26,009 nt of DNA. It comes from a virus. Taxonomy: Duplodnaviria; Heunggongvirae; Uroviricota; Caudoviricetes. Within the stretch, counting starts at the first letter, position 1. The number at the start of each line of letters is the position of its first letter. The notes below the pieces were generated by a model that was not told where the DNA came from, ran no database searches, and saw only the letters and a program-made list of their open reading frames with translations. Shown here piece after piece: positions 1 through 8,279 of this stretch. Made by a program: the position numbers and the translations under genes. The stretch covers positions 1-26,009 of IMG/VR virus record IMGVR_UViG_2695420653_000006, one strand, 5' to 3'.

Positions 1-402
1 ATGCTTTTAATTCAACCTGGATTTGGACTTAGCATCAAAAAAGGCCACATGTTTGGCGAGAAAGAGTCACAACGAAAAATGGTGTCTATCCGGTTGCCAT
101 TTATCAGTATTTATTGGCTAAACAGGGAGGCAACAAATTATTGGTATACATGCGCCATAGCAGCATTTAACGACCCTGACTGGTTTGTGAAAAACCACCA
201 CGCAGTTCGTCAGGCAAAGAGAAAGGCCAATACGACATACATGAAGGCGTATCGAAAAGCATGGAAAGAACACCGCGATCGATACCAGCAAGACATGGAA
301 AAGCTTGAATCAGAAAACATGGAATTAAGACGAAAGCTCGGTGAAGCAAAACGAGACATTGATGCTTACAAGCGACTTTTTAATGGTGAAAGCCATGCTT
401 AG
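1..402 (+). CDS. Hypothetical nin-region protein; 5' end uncertain (may extend beyond the window or start internally at 49 or 79)
   Basis: ORF in frame 1 reaching the window edge; basic, coiled-coil-like C-terminus (KRKANTTYMKAYRKAWKEHRDRYQQDMEKLESENMELRRKLGEAKR). 'aaaaaagg' precedes the ATG at 49. No family recognised. Confidence 0.4.
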   Translation: MLLIQPGFGLSIKKGHMFGEKESQRKMVSIRLPFISIYWLNREATNYWYTCAIAAFNDPDWFVKNHHAVRQAKRKANTTYMKAYRKAWKEHRDRYQQDMEKLESENMELRRKLGEAKRDIDAYKRLFNGESHA

Positions 403-571
403 CCCATCCCAATCCCTTCAATACCAGAAAGAAAGCGTCGAGCGAGCTTTAACGTGCGCTAACTGCGGTCAGAAGCTGCATGTGCTGGAAGTTCACGTGT
501 GTGAGTACTGCTGCGCAGAACTGATGAGCGATCCGAATAGCTCAATGTACGAGGAAGAAGACGATGAGTGA
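395..571 (+). CDS. ninF: NinF-like protein
   Basis: Translation from the internal Met ([58 protein letters not shown]) matches lambda NinF as I recall it; Cys-rich CxxC...CxxC core; position upstream of ninG. Confidence 0.8.
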   Translation: MLSPSQSLQYQKESVERALTCANCGQKLHVLEVHVCEYCCAELMSDPNSSMYEEEDDE

Positions 572-833
572 TTTCTCTGAGCTTATTTCCTTCAAAAAAG
601 ACAGAGAAGAAATGCGGACTGAATCTGTCTATTACGTTCAACACCGGAATAAACGCTCGGTGCTTGATCAGGAGCTGGTTATTACCGGAGACCTGGCATT
701 CAGAACATATAAGGCCAGCATGGAAATGAAGGATTTCCCTAAATGTGGTTCTGAAAGAGAAGCCGCGTTAAAGCTGGCTGAGTGGATGCAGAGAATGGCT
801 GCTGCAATTGAGAATTACTGGAGCGAACCATAA
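564..833 (+). CDS. Hypothetical protein (89 aa) between ninF and ninG
   Basis: ORF with ATG overlapping the ninF stop (gATGAgTGA) and stop overlapping the ninG start (TAATG); translational coupling typical of nin operons. No recognised family. Confidence 0.55.
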   Translation: MSDFSELISFKKDREEMRTESVYYVQHRNKRSVLDQELVITGDLAFRTYKASMEMKDFPKCGSEREAALKLAEWMQRMAAAIENYWSEP

Positions 834-1444
834 TGGCTAAACAAGCGCGAAGACGATGTAAAAACGAAGAATGTCGGGAATGGTTTCACCCTGCATTCGC
901 TAATCAGTGGTGGTGCTCTCCAGAGTGTGGAACAAAGATAGCACTGGAACGACGAAGTAAAGAACGCGAAAAAGCGGAAAAAGCAGCAGAGAAGAAACGA
1001 CGACGAGAGGAGCAGAAACAGAAAGATAAACTTAAGATTCGAAAACTCGCCTTAAAGCCCCGCAGTTACTGGATTAAACAAGCCCAACAAGCCGTAAACG
1101 CCTTCATCAGAGAAAGAGACCGCGACTTACCATGTATCTCGTGCGGAACGCTCACGTCTGCTCAGTGGGATGCCGGGCATTACCGGACAACTGCTGCGGC
1201 GCCTCAACTCCGATTTGATGAACGCAATATTCACAAGCAATGCGTGGTGTGCAACCAGCATAAAAGCGGAAATCTCGTTCCGTATCGCGTCGAACTGATT
1301 AATCGCATTGGGCAGGAAGCAGTAGACGAAATCGAATCAAACCATAACCGCCATCGCTGGACTGTCGAAGAGTGCAGGGCCATCAAGGCGGAGTATCAGC
1401 AGAAACTCAAAGACCTGCGAAACAGCAGAAGTGAGGCCGCATGA
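833..1444 (+). CDS. ninG: NinG / Rap recombination-associated endonuclease
   Basis: 203-aa translation nearly identical to lambda NinG (Rap) as recalled: [78 protein letters not shown]...; Cys-rich Zn-binding motifs. Confidence 0.9.
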   Translation: MAKQARRRCKNEECREWFHPAFANQWWCSPECGTKIALERRSKEREKAEKAAEKKRRREEQKQKDKLKIRKLALKPRSYWIKQAQQAVNAFIRERDRDLPCISCGTLTSAQWDAGHYRTTAAAPQLRFDERNIHKQCVVCNQHKSGNLVPYRVELINRIGQEAVDEIESNHNRHRWTVEECRAIKAEYQQKLKDLRNSRSEAA

Positions 1445-1647
1445 CGTTCTCAGTAAAAACCATTCCAGACATGCTCGTTGAAGCATACGGAAACCAGACA
1501 GAAGTAGCACGCAGACTGAAATGTAGTCGCGTTACGGTCAGAAAATACGTTGATGATAAAGACGGGAAAATGCACGCCATCGTCAACGACGTTCTTATGG
1601 TTCATCGCGGATGGAGTGAAAGAGATGCGCTATTACGAAAGAATTGA
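1441..1647 (+). CDS. ninH: NinH
   Basis: 68-aa translation [68 protein letters not shown] matches lambda NinH (HTH-like); start overlaps the ninG stop (ATGA). Confidence 0.85.
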   Translation: MTFSVKTIPDMLVEAYGNQTEVARRLKCSRVTVRKYVDDKDGKMHAIVNDVLMVHRGWSERDALLRKN

Positions 1648-2290
1648 TGGCAGCAAATACCGAAATATTTGGGTAGTTGGCGATCTGCACGGATGCTATA
1701 CGAACCTGATGAAAAAACTGGAGACGATAGGATTCGACACCAAAAAAGACCTGCTTATCTCGGTTGGCGATTTGGTCGATCGCGGTACAGAGAACGTTGA
1801 ATGCCTGGAATTAATCACATTCACCTGGTTCAGAGCTGTACGTGGAAACCATGAGCAAATGATGATTGATGGCTTATCAGAGCGTGGAAACGTCAATCAC
1901 TGGCTGTTTAATGGCGGTGGCTGGTTCTTTAATCTCGATTACGACAAAGAAATTCTGGCTAAAGCTCTTGCCCATAAAGCAGATGAACTTCCGTTAATCA
2001 TCGAACTGGTGAGCAAAGGTAAAAAATACGTCATCTGCCACGCCGATTATCCTTGTGACGAATACGAGTTTGGAAAGCCAGTTGATCATCAGCAGGTAAT
2101 CTGGAACCGCGAACGAATCAGCAACTCACAAGACGGGATCGTGAAAGAAATCAAAGGCGCGGACACGTTCATCTTTGGTCATACGCCAGCAGTGAAACCA
2201 CTCAAGTTTGCCAACCAGATGTATATCGATACCGGCGCAGTGTTCTGCGGAAACCTCACATTGATTCAGGTACAGGGAGAAGGCGCATGA
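1625..2290 (+). CDS. ninI: NinI serine/threonine protein phosphatase (lambda PPase-like, calcineurin-type metallophosphatase)
   Basis: Translation from the internal ATG at 1625 ([33 protein letters not shown]...) gives 221 aa; GDLHG, GDLVDRG and GNHE metallophosphatase motifs; matches lambda PPase. The upstream start at 1550 lies inside ninH and is rejected. Confidence 0.85.
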   Translation: MRYYERIDGSKYRNIWVVGDLHGCYTNLMKKLETIGFDTKKDLLISVGDLVDRGTENVECLELITFTWFRAVRGNHEQMMIDGLSERGNVNHWLFNGGGWFFNLDYDKEILAKALAHKADELPLIIELVSKGKKYVICHADYPCDEYEFGKPVDHQQVIWNRERISNSQDGIVKEIKGADTFIFGHTPAVKPLKFANQMYIDTGAVFCGNLTLIQVQGEGA

Positions 2291-2910
2291 GACTCGAAAG
2301 CGTAGCTAAATTTCATTCGCCAAAAAGCCCGATGATGAGTGACTCACCACGGGCCACGGCTTCTGACTCTCTTTCCGGTACTGATGTGATGGCTGCTATG
2401 GGGATGGCGCAATCACAAGCCGGATTCGGCATGGCTGCATTCTGTGGTAAGCACGAACTCAGCCAGAACGACAAACAAAAGGCTATCAACTATCTGATGC
2501 AATTTGCACACAAGGTATCGGGGAAATACCGTGGTGTGGCAAAGCTCGAAGGAAATACTAAGGCAAAGGTACTGCAAGTGCTCGCAACATTCGCTTATGC
2601 GGATTATTGCCGTAGTGCCGCGACGCCGGGCGCAAGATGCAGAGATTGCCACGGTACAGGCCGTGCGGTTGATATAGCAAAAACAGAGCAGTGGGGGAGA
2701 GTTGTCGAGAAAGAGTGCGGAAGATGCAAAGGCGTCGGCTATTCAAGAATGCCAGCAAGCGCCGCATATCGCGCTGTAACGATGCTAATCCCAAACCTTA
2801 CTCAACCCACCTGGTCACGCACTGTTAAGCCTCTGTATGACGCTCTGGTGGTGCAATGCCACAAAGAAGAGTCAATCGCAGACAACATTTTGAATGCGGT
2901 CACACGTTAG
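2287..2910 (+). CDS. Q: Late gene antiterminator Q
   Basis: 207-aa translation ([83 protein letters not shown]...CRDCHGTGR...CGRCKGVGY) matches lambda Q including the zinc-finger cysteines; followed by PR'. Confidence 0.9.
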   Translation: MRLESVAKFHSPKSPMMSDSPRATASDSLSGTDVMAAMGMAQSQAGFGMAAFCGKHELSQNDKQKAINYLMQFAHKVSGKYRGVAKLEGNTKAKVLQVLATFAYADYCRSAATPGARCRDCHGTGRAVDIAKTEQWGRVVEKECGRCKGVGYSRMPASAAYRAVTMLIPNLTQPTWSRTVKPLYDALVVQCHKEESIADNILNAVTR

Positions 2911-2952
2911 CAGCATGATTGCCACGGATGGCAACATATTAACGGCATGATA

Positions 2953-2981
2953 TTGACTTTTTGAATAAAGTTGGGTAAATT
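2953..2981 (+). promoter_or_regulatory. Late promoter PR' with overlapping qut site
   Basis: -35 TTGACT (2953-2958), 17-bp spacer, -10 TAAATT (2976-2981), immediately downstream of Q; sequence context essentially as in lambda PR'. Confidence 0.75.
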
Positions 2982-2987
2982 TAACCC

Positions 2988-3182
2988 AACGATGGGTTAA
3001 TTCGCTCGTTGTGGTAGTGAGATAAAAAGAGGCGGCGCTTACTACCGATTCCGCCTAGTTGGTCACTTCGACGCATCTTCTGGAACTCCAACCATCGCAG
3101 GCTGAGAGGTCTGCAAAATGCAATCCCGAAACAGTTCGCAGGTAATAGTTAGAGCCTGCACAACGGTTTCGGGATTTTTTAT
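2988..3182 (+). ncRNA. 6S RNA (short constitutive PR' transcript ending at tR')
   Basis: About 194 nt from the predicted PR' start to the tR' U-tract; lambda-like sequence throughout. Transcript ends are inferred, not measured. Confidence 0.6.
3125..3182 (+). terminator. tR' intrinsic terminator
   Basis: Outer inverted repeat CCCGAAAC (3125-3132) / GTTTCGGG (3166-3173) with inner GCAGG/CCTGC stem, followed by ATTTTTTAT. Confidence 0.7.
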
Positions 3183-3550
3183 ATCTGCACAACAGGTAAG
3201 AGCATTAAAGAACTGGCAAAGAGCTTAACGGTCTGCGAAAGCATTTCTTAGTGGCACAACTGGCCGGTACAACTGAGTGCTCTTTCCGGTGTGGTGAATG
3301 CGCAGGCTGATGCGCGCAGGAGAGCTTCGGAAGAACAAGGTGCCTGTATACAAGCCGGAGATCAGCGCCGGCCACCACAGCCAAATCCACCCAGAGCAAA
3401 ACCGTTGTTCATCATTACCATTCCCTCAGTATTTTGGGCTACAACCCTCATCCCATTTTTTAAAGCGTACTTCTACCAAGAACCAGACCTAACCAACTCA
3501 TTGCTGACACTCTGTGGATACGGTTGTCTAGTGCGCTTTAAAAAAGAAAA

Positions 3551-3569
3551 CCCAGCATCAATGGCTGGG
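3551..3569 (-). terminator. Putative minus-strand intrinsic terminator in the late leader
   Basis: CCCAGC (3551-3556) / GCTGGG (3564-3569) stem with 7-nt loop; on the minus strand it is followed by TTTTCTTTTTT (complement of AAAAAAGAAAA, 3540-3550). No annotated minus-strand gene feeds into it. Confidence 0.3.
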
Positions 3570-3713
3570 CTTCGTGATATGAGCGGCATGTATTGTTGGA
3601 GCAATCCACGCCTGATTTGCTCATGAATGCGGTCACGAACAAACCCGTTACAAATCAACCGTAACCCGGATTTGTTCAAGCGACCATATCTATAATTCCT
3701 AATTTGAACAGAT

Positions 3714-3725
3714 CCCCTTCTGGGG
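3714..3725 (+). promoter_or_regulatory. sdi-type stem-loop upstream of the S dual start
   Basis: CCCC-TTCT-GGGG hairpin immediately 5' of ATGAAGATG, as in lambda where this structure sets the S107/S105 start ratio. Confidence 0.5.
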
Positions 3726-3732
3726 GTAAGAC

Positions 3733-4056
3733 ATGAAGATGCCAGAAAAACATGACCTGTTAGCTGCCATTCTCGCGGCAAAGGAACAAGGCATCGGGGC
3801 AATCCTTGCGTTTGCAATGGCGTACCTTCGCGGCAGATATAATGGCGGTGCGTTTACAAAAACAGTAATCGACGCAACGATGTGCGCCATTATCGCCTGG
3901 TTCATTCGTGACCTTCTCGACTTCGCCGGACTAAGTAGCAATCTCGCTTATATAACGAGCGTGTTCATCGGCTACATCGGCACTGACTCGATTGGTTCGC
4001 TTATCAAACGCTTCGCTGCTAAAAAAGCCGGAGTAGAAGATGGTGGAAATCAATAA
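3733..4056 (+). CDS. S: Holin/antiholin S (class I holin, dual-start motif Met1-Lys2-Met3)
   Basis: 107-aa translation [62 protein letters not shown]... matches lambda S; three predicted TM segments; second start at 3739. Confidence 0.92.
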   Translation: MKMPEKHDLLAAILAAKEQGIGAILAFAMAYLRGRYNGGAFTKTVIDATMCAIIAWFIRDLLDFAGLSSNLAYITSVFIGYIGTDSIGSLIKRFAAKKAGVEDGGNQ

Positions 4057-4516
4057 TCAACGTAAGGCGTTCCTCGATATGCTGGCGTGGTCAGAGGGAA
4101 CTGATAACGGACGTCAGAAAACCAGAAATCATGGTTATGACGTCATTGTAGGCGGAGAGCTATTCACTGATTACTCCGATCACCCTCGCAAACTTGTCAC
4201 GCTAAACCCAAAACTCAAATCAACAGCAGCCGGTCGCTATCAGCTTCTTTCCCGTTGGTGGGATGCCTATCGTAAGCAGCTTGGCCTGAAAGACTTCTCT
4301 CCCAAAAGCCAGGACGCTGTTGCGCTGCAGCAGATTAAGGAACGTGGCGCTTTGCCGATGATTGATCGCGGTGATATCCGTCAGGCAATCGACCGTTGCA
4401 GCAATATCTGGGCTTCACTGCCAGGTGCTGGTTATGGTCAGTTCGAGCATAAGGCTGACAGCCTGATTGCAAAATTCAAAGAAGCAGGCGGAACGGTCAG
4501 AGAGATTGAGGTATGA
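4040..4516 (+). CDS. R: Endolysin R (lytic transglycosylase)
   Basis: 158-aa translation [51 protein letters not shown]... matches lambda R; start overlaps the end of S as in lambda. Confidence 0.92.
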   Translation: MVEINNQRKAFLDMLAWSEGTDNGRQKTRNHGYDVIVGGELFTDYSDHPRKLVTLNPKLKSTAAGRYQLLSRWWDAYRKQLGLKDFSPKSQDAVALQQIKERGALPMIDRGDIRQAIDRCSNIWASLPGAGYGQFEHKADSLIAKFKEAGGTVREIEV

Positions 4517-4950
4517 GCAGAGTAACCGCGATTATCTCCGCTCTGGTTATCTGCATCATCGTCTGCCTGTCATGGGCTGTTAATCATTACCGTGATAACG
4601 CCATCTCCTACAAAGAGCAGCGCGATAAAGCCACATCCACAATCGCTGACATGCAGAAGCGTCAACGTGATGTAGCAGAACTTGACGCCAGATACACAAA
4701 GGAGCTTGCTGATGCTAACGCGACTATCGAAAGTCTCCGTGCTGATGTTTCTGCTGGTCGTAAGCGCCTGCAAGTCGCCGCCACCTGTGCAAAGTCAACG
4801 ACCGGAGCCAGCAGCATGGGCAATGGAGAAAGCCCAAGACTTACAGCAGATGCTGAACTCAATTATTACCGTCTCCGAAGTGGAATCGACAGGATAACCG
4901 CGCAGGTTAACTACCTGCAGGAGTACATCAGGACGCAATGCCTTCGATGA
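4513..4950 (+). CDS. Rz: Rz i-spanin (inner-membrane spanin subunit)
   Basis: N-terminal TM segment ([31 protein letters not shown]) identical to lambda Rz, then a diverged coiled-coil periplasmic domain; start overlaps the R stop (ATGA). Confidence 0.85.
   Translation: MSRVTAIISALVICIIVCLSWAVNHYRDNAISYKEQRDKATSTIADMQKRQRDVAELDARYTKELADANATIESLRADVSAGRKRLQVAATCAKSTTGASSMGNGESPRLTADAELNYYRLRSGIDRITAQVNYLQEYIRTQCLR
4712..4897 (+). CDS. Rz1: Rz1 o-spanin (outer-membrane lipoprotein), embedded in the +1 frame of Rz
   Basis: AAGGAG 8 nt upstream of ATG 4712; signal peptide with lipobox (LLVVSAC), proline-rich mature part ([13 protein letters not shown]); wholly inside Rz in another frame, the classic embedded-spanin architecture. 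Confidence 0.7.
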   Translation: MLTRLSKVSVLMFLLVVSACKSPPPVQSQRPEPAAWAMEKAQDLQQMLNSIITVSEVESTG

Positions 4951-5125
4951 TAGCGATAATTTTACTCATCATCCTTCACATCTGGCTCTATAGACAGGGT
5001 GATGATCACTTCTGGAGTGAATCCAGATTAAACATCTCATTGCTGATGCTTGATATTGAGCATCTGGCGCGCAGTAAGGGGCTGCGTTGAGATAAGAGCC
5101 AGTTCATTACAAATACCAGGATTTA

Positions 5126-5149
5126 GCCTCGCATTTGCGGGGCTTTTTT
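5126..5149 (+). terminator. Intrinsic terminator downstream of the lysis cassette
   Basis: GCCTCGC-ATTT-GCGGGGC stem-loop followed by TTTTTTAT. Confidence 0.55.
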
Positions 5150-5293
5150 ATATCTGAATTTCACAGCGCATCTCACGCGCATATTAACGAGAGCCTTTCA
5201 GTAAGCGAGCCTGAGAAATGCCGTTATAGGTGGCGACCTCTCTCGGGCGGCTTTTCTGTGAGACAGGCTCACTTTCTAAAAGGTAAAGACGCT

Positions 5294-5818
5294 ATGAATA
5301 GTCATTCAGTTATTCCAGCCTTCGACTTCCGAGAAATGGTGCAAGCCAAAAACGGAGAGGTCGTTACCACATCCAGAAAAATTGCCAAGTACTTCGGCAA
5401 GCGACACGGTGATGTTCTCAGGAAAATCGAGCAGGTTAAGGCTGATTGCTCGCGTGAGTTTAGCCAACGCAATTTTGCGTCGGCTGATTATATCGATGAA
5501 CAGGGCAAGGTTCGCCCGATGTACAGCCTGACGAAAGATGGCTGGATCATGGTTGTAATGGGGTTCACCGGGAAAGCTGCTGCAGCAATCAAGGAGAGCT
5601 ATATCGCAGCATTCAATTGGATGGCAGAGCAACTGAGCCGCCGCATGGCAATTGGCGAAGAAATGCAGCACCGCTACGCCATCAAAGAAACACGCTCAAA
5701 GCTGAAAGGTACGATCGGCAGTCGATTAATGAACGAACGGAAGAAAGAGAAGCGTGTCCTGGCTGTCGAGCATGAATACATCTTGCAGGTGACACAGCCT
5801 GAACTGCTGATTAATTGA
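5294..5818 (+). CDS. rha: Rha-family phage regulatory protein (P22 rha/orf201-like position)
   Basis: Translation from ATG 5294 (MNSHSVIPAFDFREMVQAKNGEVVTTSRKIAKYFGKRHGDVLRKIEQ...YSLTKDGWIMVVMGFTGKAAAAIKESYIAAFNWMAEQL) shows hallmarks of the phage pRha domain; lies between Rz and terminase as in P22. The upstream start at 5135 has no RBS and overlaps the terminator. Confidence 0.7.
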   Translation: MNSHSVIPAFDFREMVQAKNGEVVTTSRKIAKYFGKRHGDVLRKIEQVKADCSREFSQRNFASADYIDEQGKVRPMYSLTKDGWIMVVMGFTGKAAAAIKESYIAAFNWMAEQLSRRMAIGEEMQHRYAIKETRSKLKGTIGSRLMNERKKEKRVLAVEHEYILQVTQPELLIN

Positions 5819-6118
5819 AGATGTCATTACAAAGCCTATCTACGGGTGGGCTTGATAATGAAACCGGAGTTAATTTCTGGTCACTAATTAACGGCAGTAC
5901 AGCGAAACAACCCAAGCCAGTAAGTGGGGAAATAACACTGGCAGCCACTGAAAGATGAACCTCCTGTCTTATGGCAAAAAAGATTCTTTGTGGTGGCGGA
6001 CTGATGGAAAGACATCGGTTATTGCAGAGACCATTCAATGAGTGGTCTCGACAATGGCTTATACCCTACACGGGATAACTTAACTGATATCCCTTTTAAC
6101 GGATAAATGGAGCCAACA

Positions 6119-6361
6119 ATGGCAGAGATTATTCCCATGACTGAAGAACAGAAATTCCAGTTAGAGATTTACAAGCTGGTCATGAACCAGAACGCAGCCG
6201 CAGAAGAAGCATTTCAGTTCATTGGCACTGACGAGCTGAAGCTTGAGCTATTCAAAATTCACTTCCAGTCAGGCGGCGCTAATTCAGATATCACGATCCG
6301 CACATTCGAAGCAGTGCGTAAATCGAAGGAAGCGTTAGACCTGTTCACTACCGGAGCATAA
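6119..6361 (+). CDS. Small hypothetical protein upstream of terminase (P22 orf80-like position)
   Basis: 80-aa ORF; TGGAG about 9 nt upstream of ATG 6119; acidic, helical; position matches the small ORF between rha and gene 3 in P22-like phages. Confidence 0.55.
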   Translation: MAEIIPMTEEQKFQLEIYKLVMNQNAAAEEAFQFIGTDELKLELFKIHFQSGGANSDITIRTFEAVRKSKEALDLFTTGA

Positions 6362-6440
6362 ACATGGCAACTCAAGGTTTCGACAACCCATCCAAATTCC
6401 GCGATGAATGGGATAAGCAAGCAGAAGGGAAATAATCAAT

Positions 6441-6866
6441 ATGGCGACTGAGAAAAAGAAAGGTGGTCGCCCCTCTGATTATATGCCGGAGGTGGCTAAT
6501 GACATTTGCGCATTGCTTTCCTCCGGTGAGAGTCTGCGCAAAGTTTGCGAACGCCCAGGAATGCCGAGCAAAACATCAGTTTTTCGCTGGCTGGCTGAAC
6601 ATCAGGAGTTTCGTGACCAGTACGCGAAGGCAACAGAGACTCGGGCCGACTCTATTTTCGAAGAGATATTCGAAATTGCTGACGACGTAATCCCTGATGC
6701 CGCCGAGGTGGCAAAGGCAAGACTTCGCGTTGATACCCGCAAATGGGCGCTGGCCAGAATGAATCCCCGTAAGTATGGCGACAAGGTAACTAACGAGCTT
6801 GTCGGCAAAGACGGCGGCGCAATCCAGATTGAAACATCACCGATGAGCACTCTATTCGGAAAATGA
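6441..6866 (+). CDS. Terminase small subunit (Sf6 gp1-like)
   Basis: 141-aa translation (MATEKKKGGRPSDYMPEVANDICALLSSGESLRKVCERPGMPSKTSVFRWLAEHQEFRDQYAKATETRADSIFEEIFEIADDVIPDAAEVAKARLRVDTRKWALARMNPRKYGDKVTNELVGKDGGAIQIETSPMSTLFGK) closely resembles Sf6 small terminase as recalled; immediately upstream of TerL with overlapping stop/start. Confidence 0.85.
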   Translation: MATEKKKGGRPSDYMPEVANDICALLSSGESLRKVCERPGMPSKTSVFRWLAEHQEFRDQYAKATETRADSIFEEIFEIADDVIPDAAEVAKARLRVDTRKWALARMNPRKYGDKVTNELVGKDGGAIQIETSPMSTLFGK

Positions 6867-8278
6867 CCTCGATTAATCCTATCTTTGAACCGTTCATTGA
6901 GGCGCATCGCTACAAAGTCGCCAAAGGCGGTCGAGGTAGCGGTAAATCATGGGCAATTGCGAGGCTGCTTGTTGAAGCGGCGCGTCGGCAGCCAGTGCGT
7001 ATTCTCTGCGCTCGTGAACTGCAAAACAGTATCAGCGATTCGGTAATCCGGCTGCTTGAAGACACCATAGAGCGTGAAGGGTATACGGCTGAGTTTGAAA
7101 TTCAGCGTTCCATGATTCGTCATCTCGGAACGAATGCTGAGTTCATGTTCTACGGCATCAAAAACAACCCGACGAAGATTAAATCGCTCGAAGGCATTGA
7201 TATCTGCTGGGTGGAAGAAGCGGAAGCGGTAACGAAGGAATCATGGGATATCCTGATACCAACCATCCGCAAGCCGTTTTCCGAAATATGGGTGAGCTTC
7301 AACCCTAAGAACATCCTCGACGATACCTATCAGCGATTCGTTGTAAATCCTCCCGATGATATTTGTCTGCTGACGGTGAACTACACCGACAATCCGCACT
7401 TTCCTGAAGTTCTCCGTCTGGAGATGGAAGAGTGTAAACGCAGAAATCCGACACTGTATCGTCACATCTGGCTTGGTGAGCCAGTAAGCGCAAGTGATAT
7501 GGCAATCATCAAACGTGAATGGCTTGAAGCCGCAACCGATGCGCACAAGAAACTCGGATGGAAAGCGAAAGGCGCTGTTGTCTCTGCGCATGACCCATCA
7601 GATACAGGGCCAGATGCTAAAGGTTACGCATCGCGTCACGGTTCGGTAGTTAAGCGCATTGCCGAAGGTCTGCTGATGGACATCAACGAGGGCGCTGACT
7701 GGGCAACTTCGCTGGCGATTGAAGACGGCGCTGACCACTACTTGTGGGATGGTGATGGTGTCGGGGCAGGGCTACGCAGACAGACAACGGAAGCATTCTC
7801 CGGTAAGAAAATCACCGCCACGATGTTCAAGGGCAGCGAATCGCCATTTGATGAAGATGCTCCGTATCAGGCCGGAGCATGGGCTGATGAAGTCGTACAG
7901 GGCGACAACGTTCGCACTATTGGCGATGTGTTCCGCAATAAGCGAGCGCAATTCTATTACGCGCTGGCTGACAGGCTGTATCTGACATATCGGGCGGTTG
8001 TCTACGGTGAGTATGCAGACCCTGACGACATGCTGAGTTTCGACAAAGAAGCGATAGGCGAGAAGATGCTGGAGAAGTTGTTTGCAGAACTGACGCAGAT
8101 TCAGCGCAAATTCAATAACAACGGGAAGCTGGAGCTAATGACTAAGGTCGAAATGAAGCAGAAGCTCGGTATTCCATCTCCTAACCTGGCTGATGCGCTG
8201 ATGATGTGTATGCATTGCCCGGAGTCGGCTGCGCAACCCGACTATTCCAGTTACTCAATTCCTTGTGGTGTAGGTTGA
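6863..8278 (+). CDS. Terminase large subunit (ATPase + nuclease)
   Basis: 471 aa; Walker A KGGRGSGKS near the N-terminus, Walker B-like ICWVEE, C-terminal nuclease-type acidic residues; Sf6 gp2-like length; overlaps TerS stop (ATGA). Confidence 0.9.
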   Translation: MTSINPIFEPFIEAHRYKVAKGGRGSGKSWAIARLLVEAARRQPVRILCARELQNSISDSVIRLLEDTIEREGYTAEFEIQRSMIRHLGTNAEFMFYGIKNNPTKIKSLEGIDICWVEEAEAVTKESWDILIPTIRKPFSEIWVSFNPKNILDDTYQRFVVNPPDDICLLTVNYTDNPHFPEVLRLEMEECKRRNPTLYRHIWLGEPVSASDMAIIKREWLEAATDAHKKLGWKAKGAVVSAHDPSDTGPDAKGYASRHGSVVKRIAEGLLMDINEGADWATSLAIEDGADHYLWDGDGVGAGLRRQTTEAFSGKKITATMFKGSESPFDEDAPYQAGAWADEVVQGDNVRTIGDVFRNKRAQFYYALADRLYLTYRAVVYGEYADPDDMLSFDKEAIGEKMLEKLFAELTQIQRKFNNNGKLELMTKVEMKQKLGIPSPNLADALMMCMHCPESAAQPDYSSYSIPCGVG

Positions 8279-8279
8279 T

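Noticed and set aside
1550-1624. Upstream extension of the ninI ORF
   Set aside because: Lies within the ninH coding region in another frame; the lambda phosphatase begins at MRYYE…, corresponding to ATG 1625.
3291-3626. 111-aa plus-strand ORF (and overlapping 64-aa ORFs) in the Q-S late leader
   Set aside because: Low-complexity, Pro/Arg-rich translation without RBS; region corresponds to the lambda late leader, which is non-coding; more likely non-coding sequence.
3473-3817. 114-aa minus-strand ORF overlapping the S gene start
   Set aside because: Would run antisense through the S ribosome-binding site and sdi hairpin; no start signals; conflicts with the strongly supported S gene.
5811-6038. 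75-aa minus-strand ORF in the rha-orf80 gap
   Set aside because: No RBS, overlaps the rha stop region antisense, translation not protein-like; retained only as part of the intergenic-gap observation.
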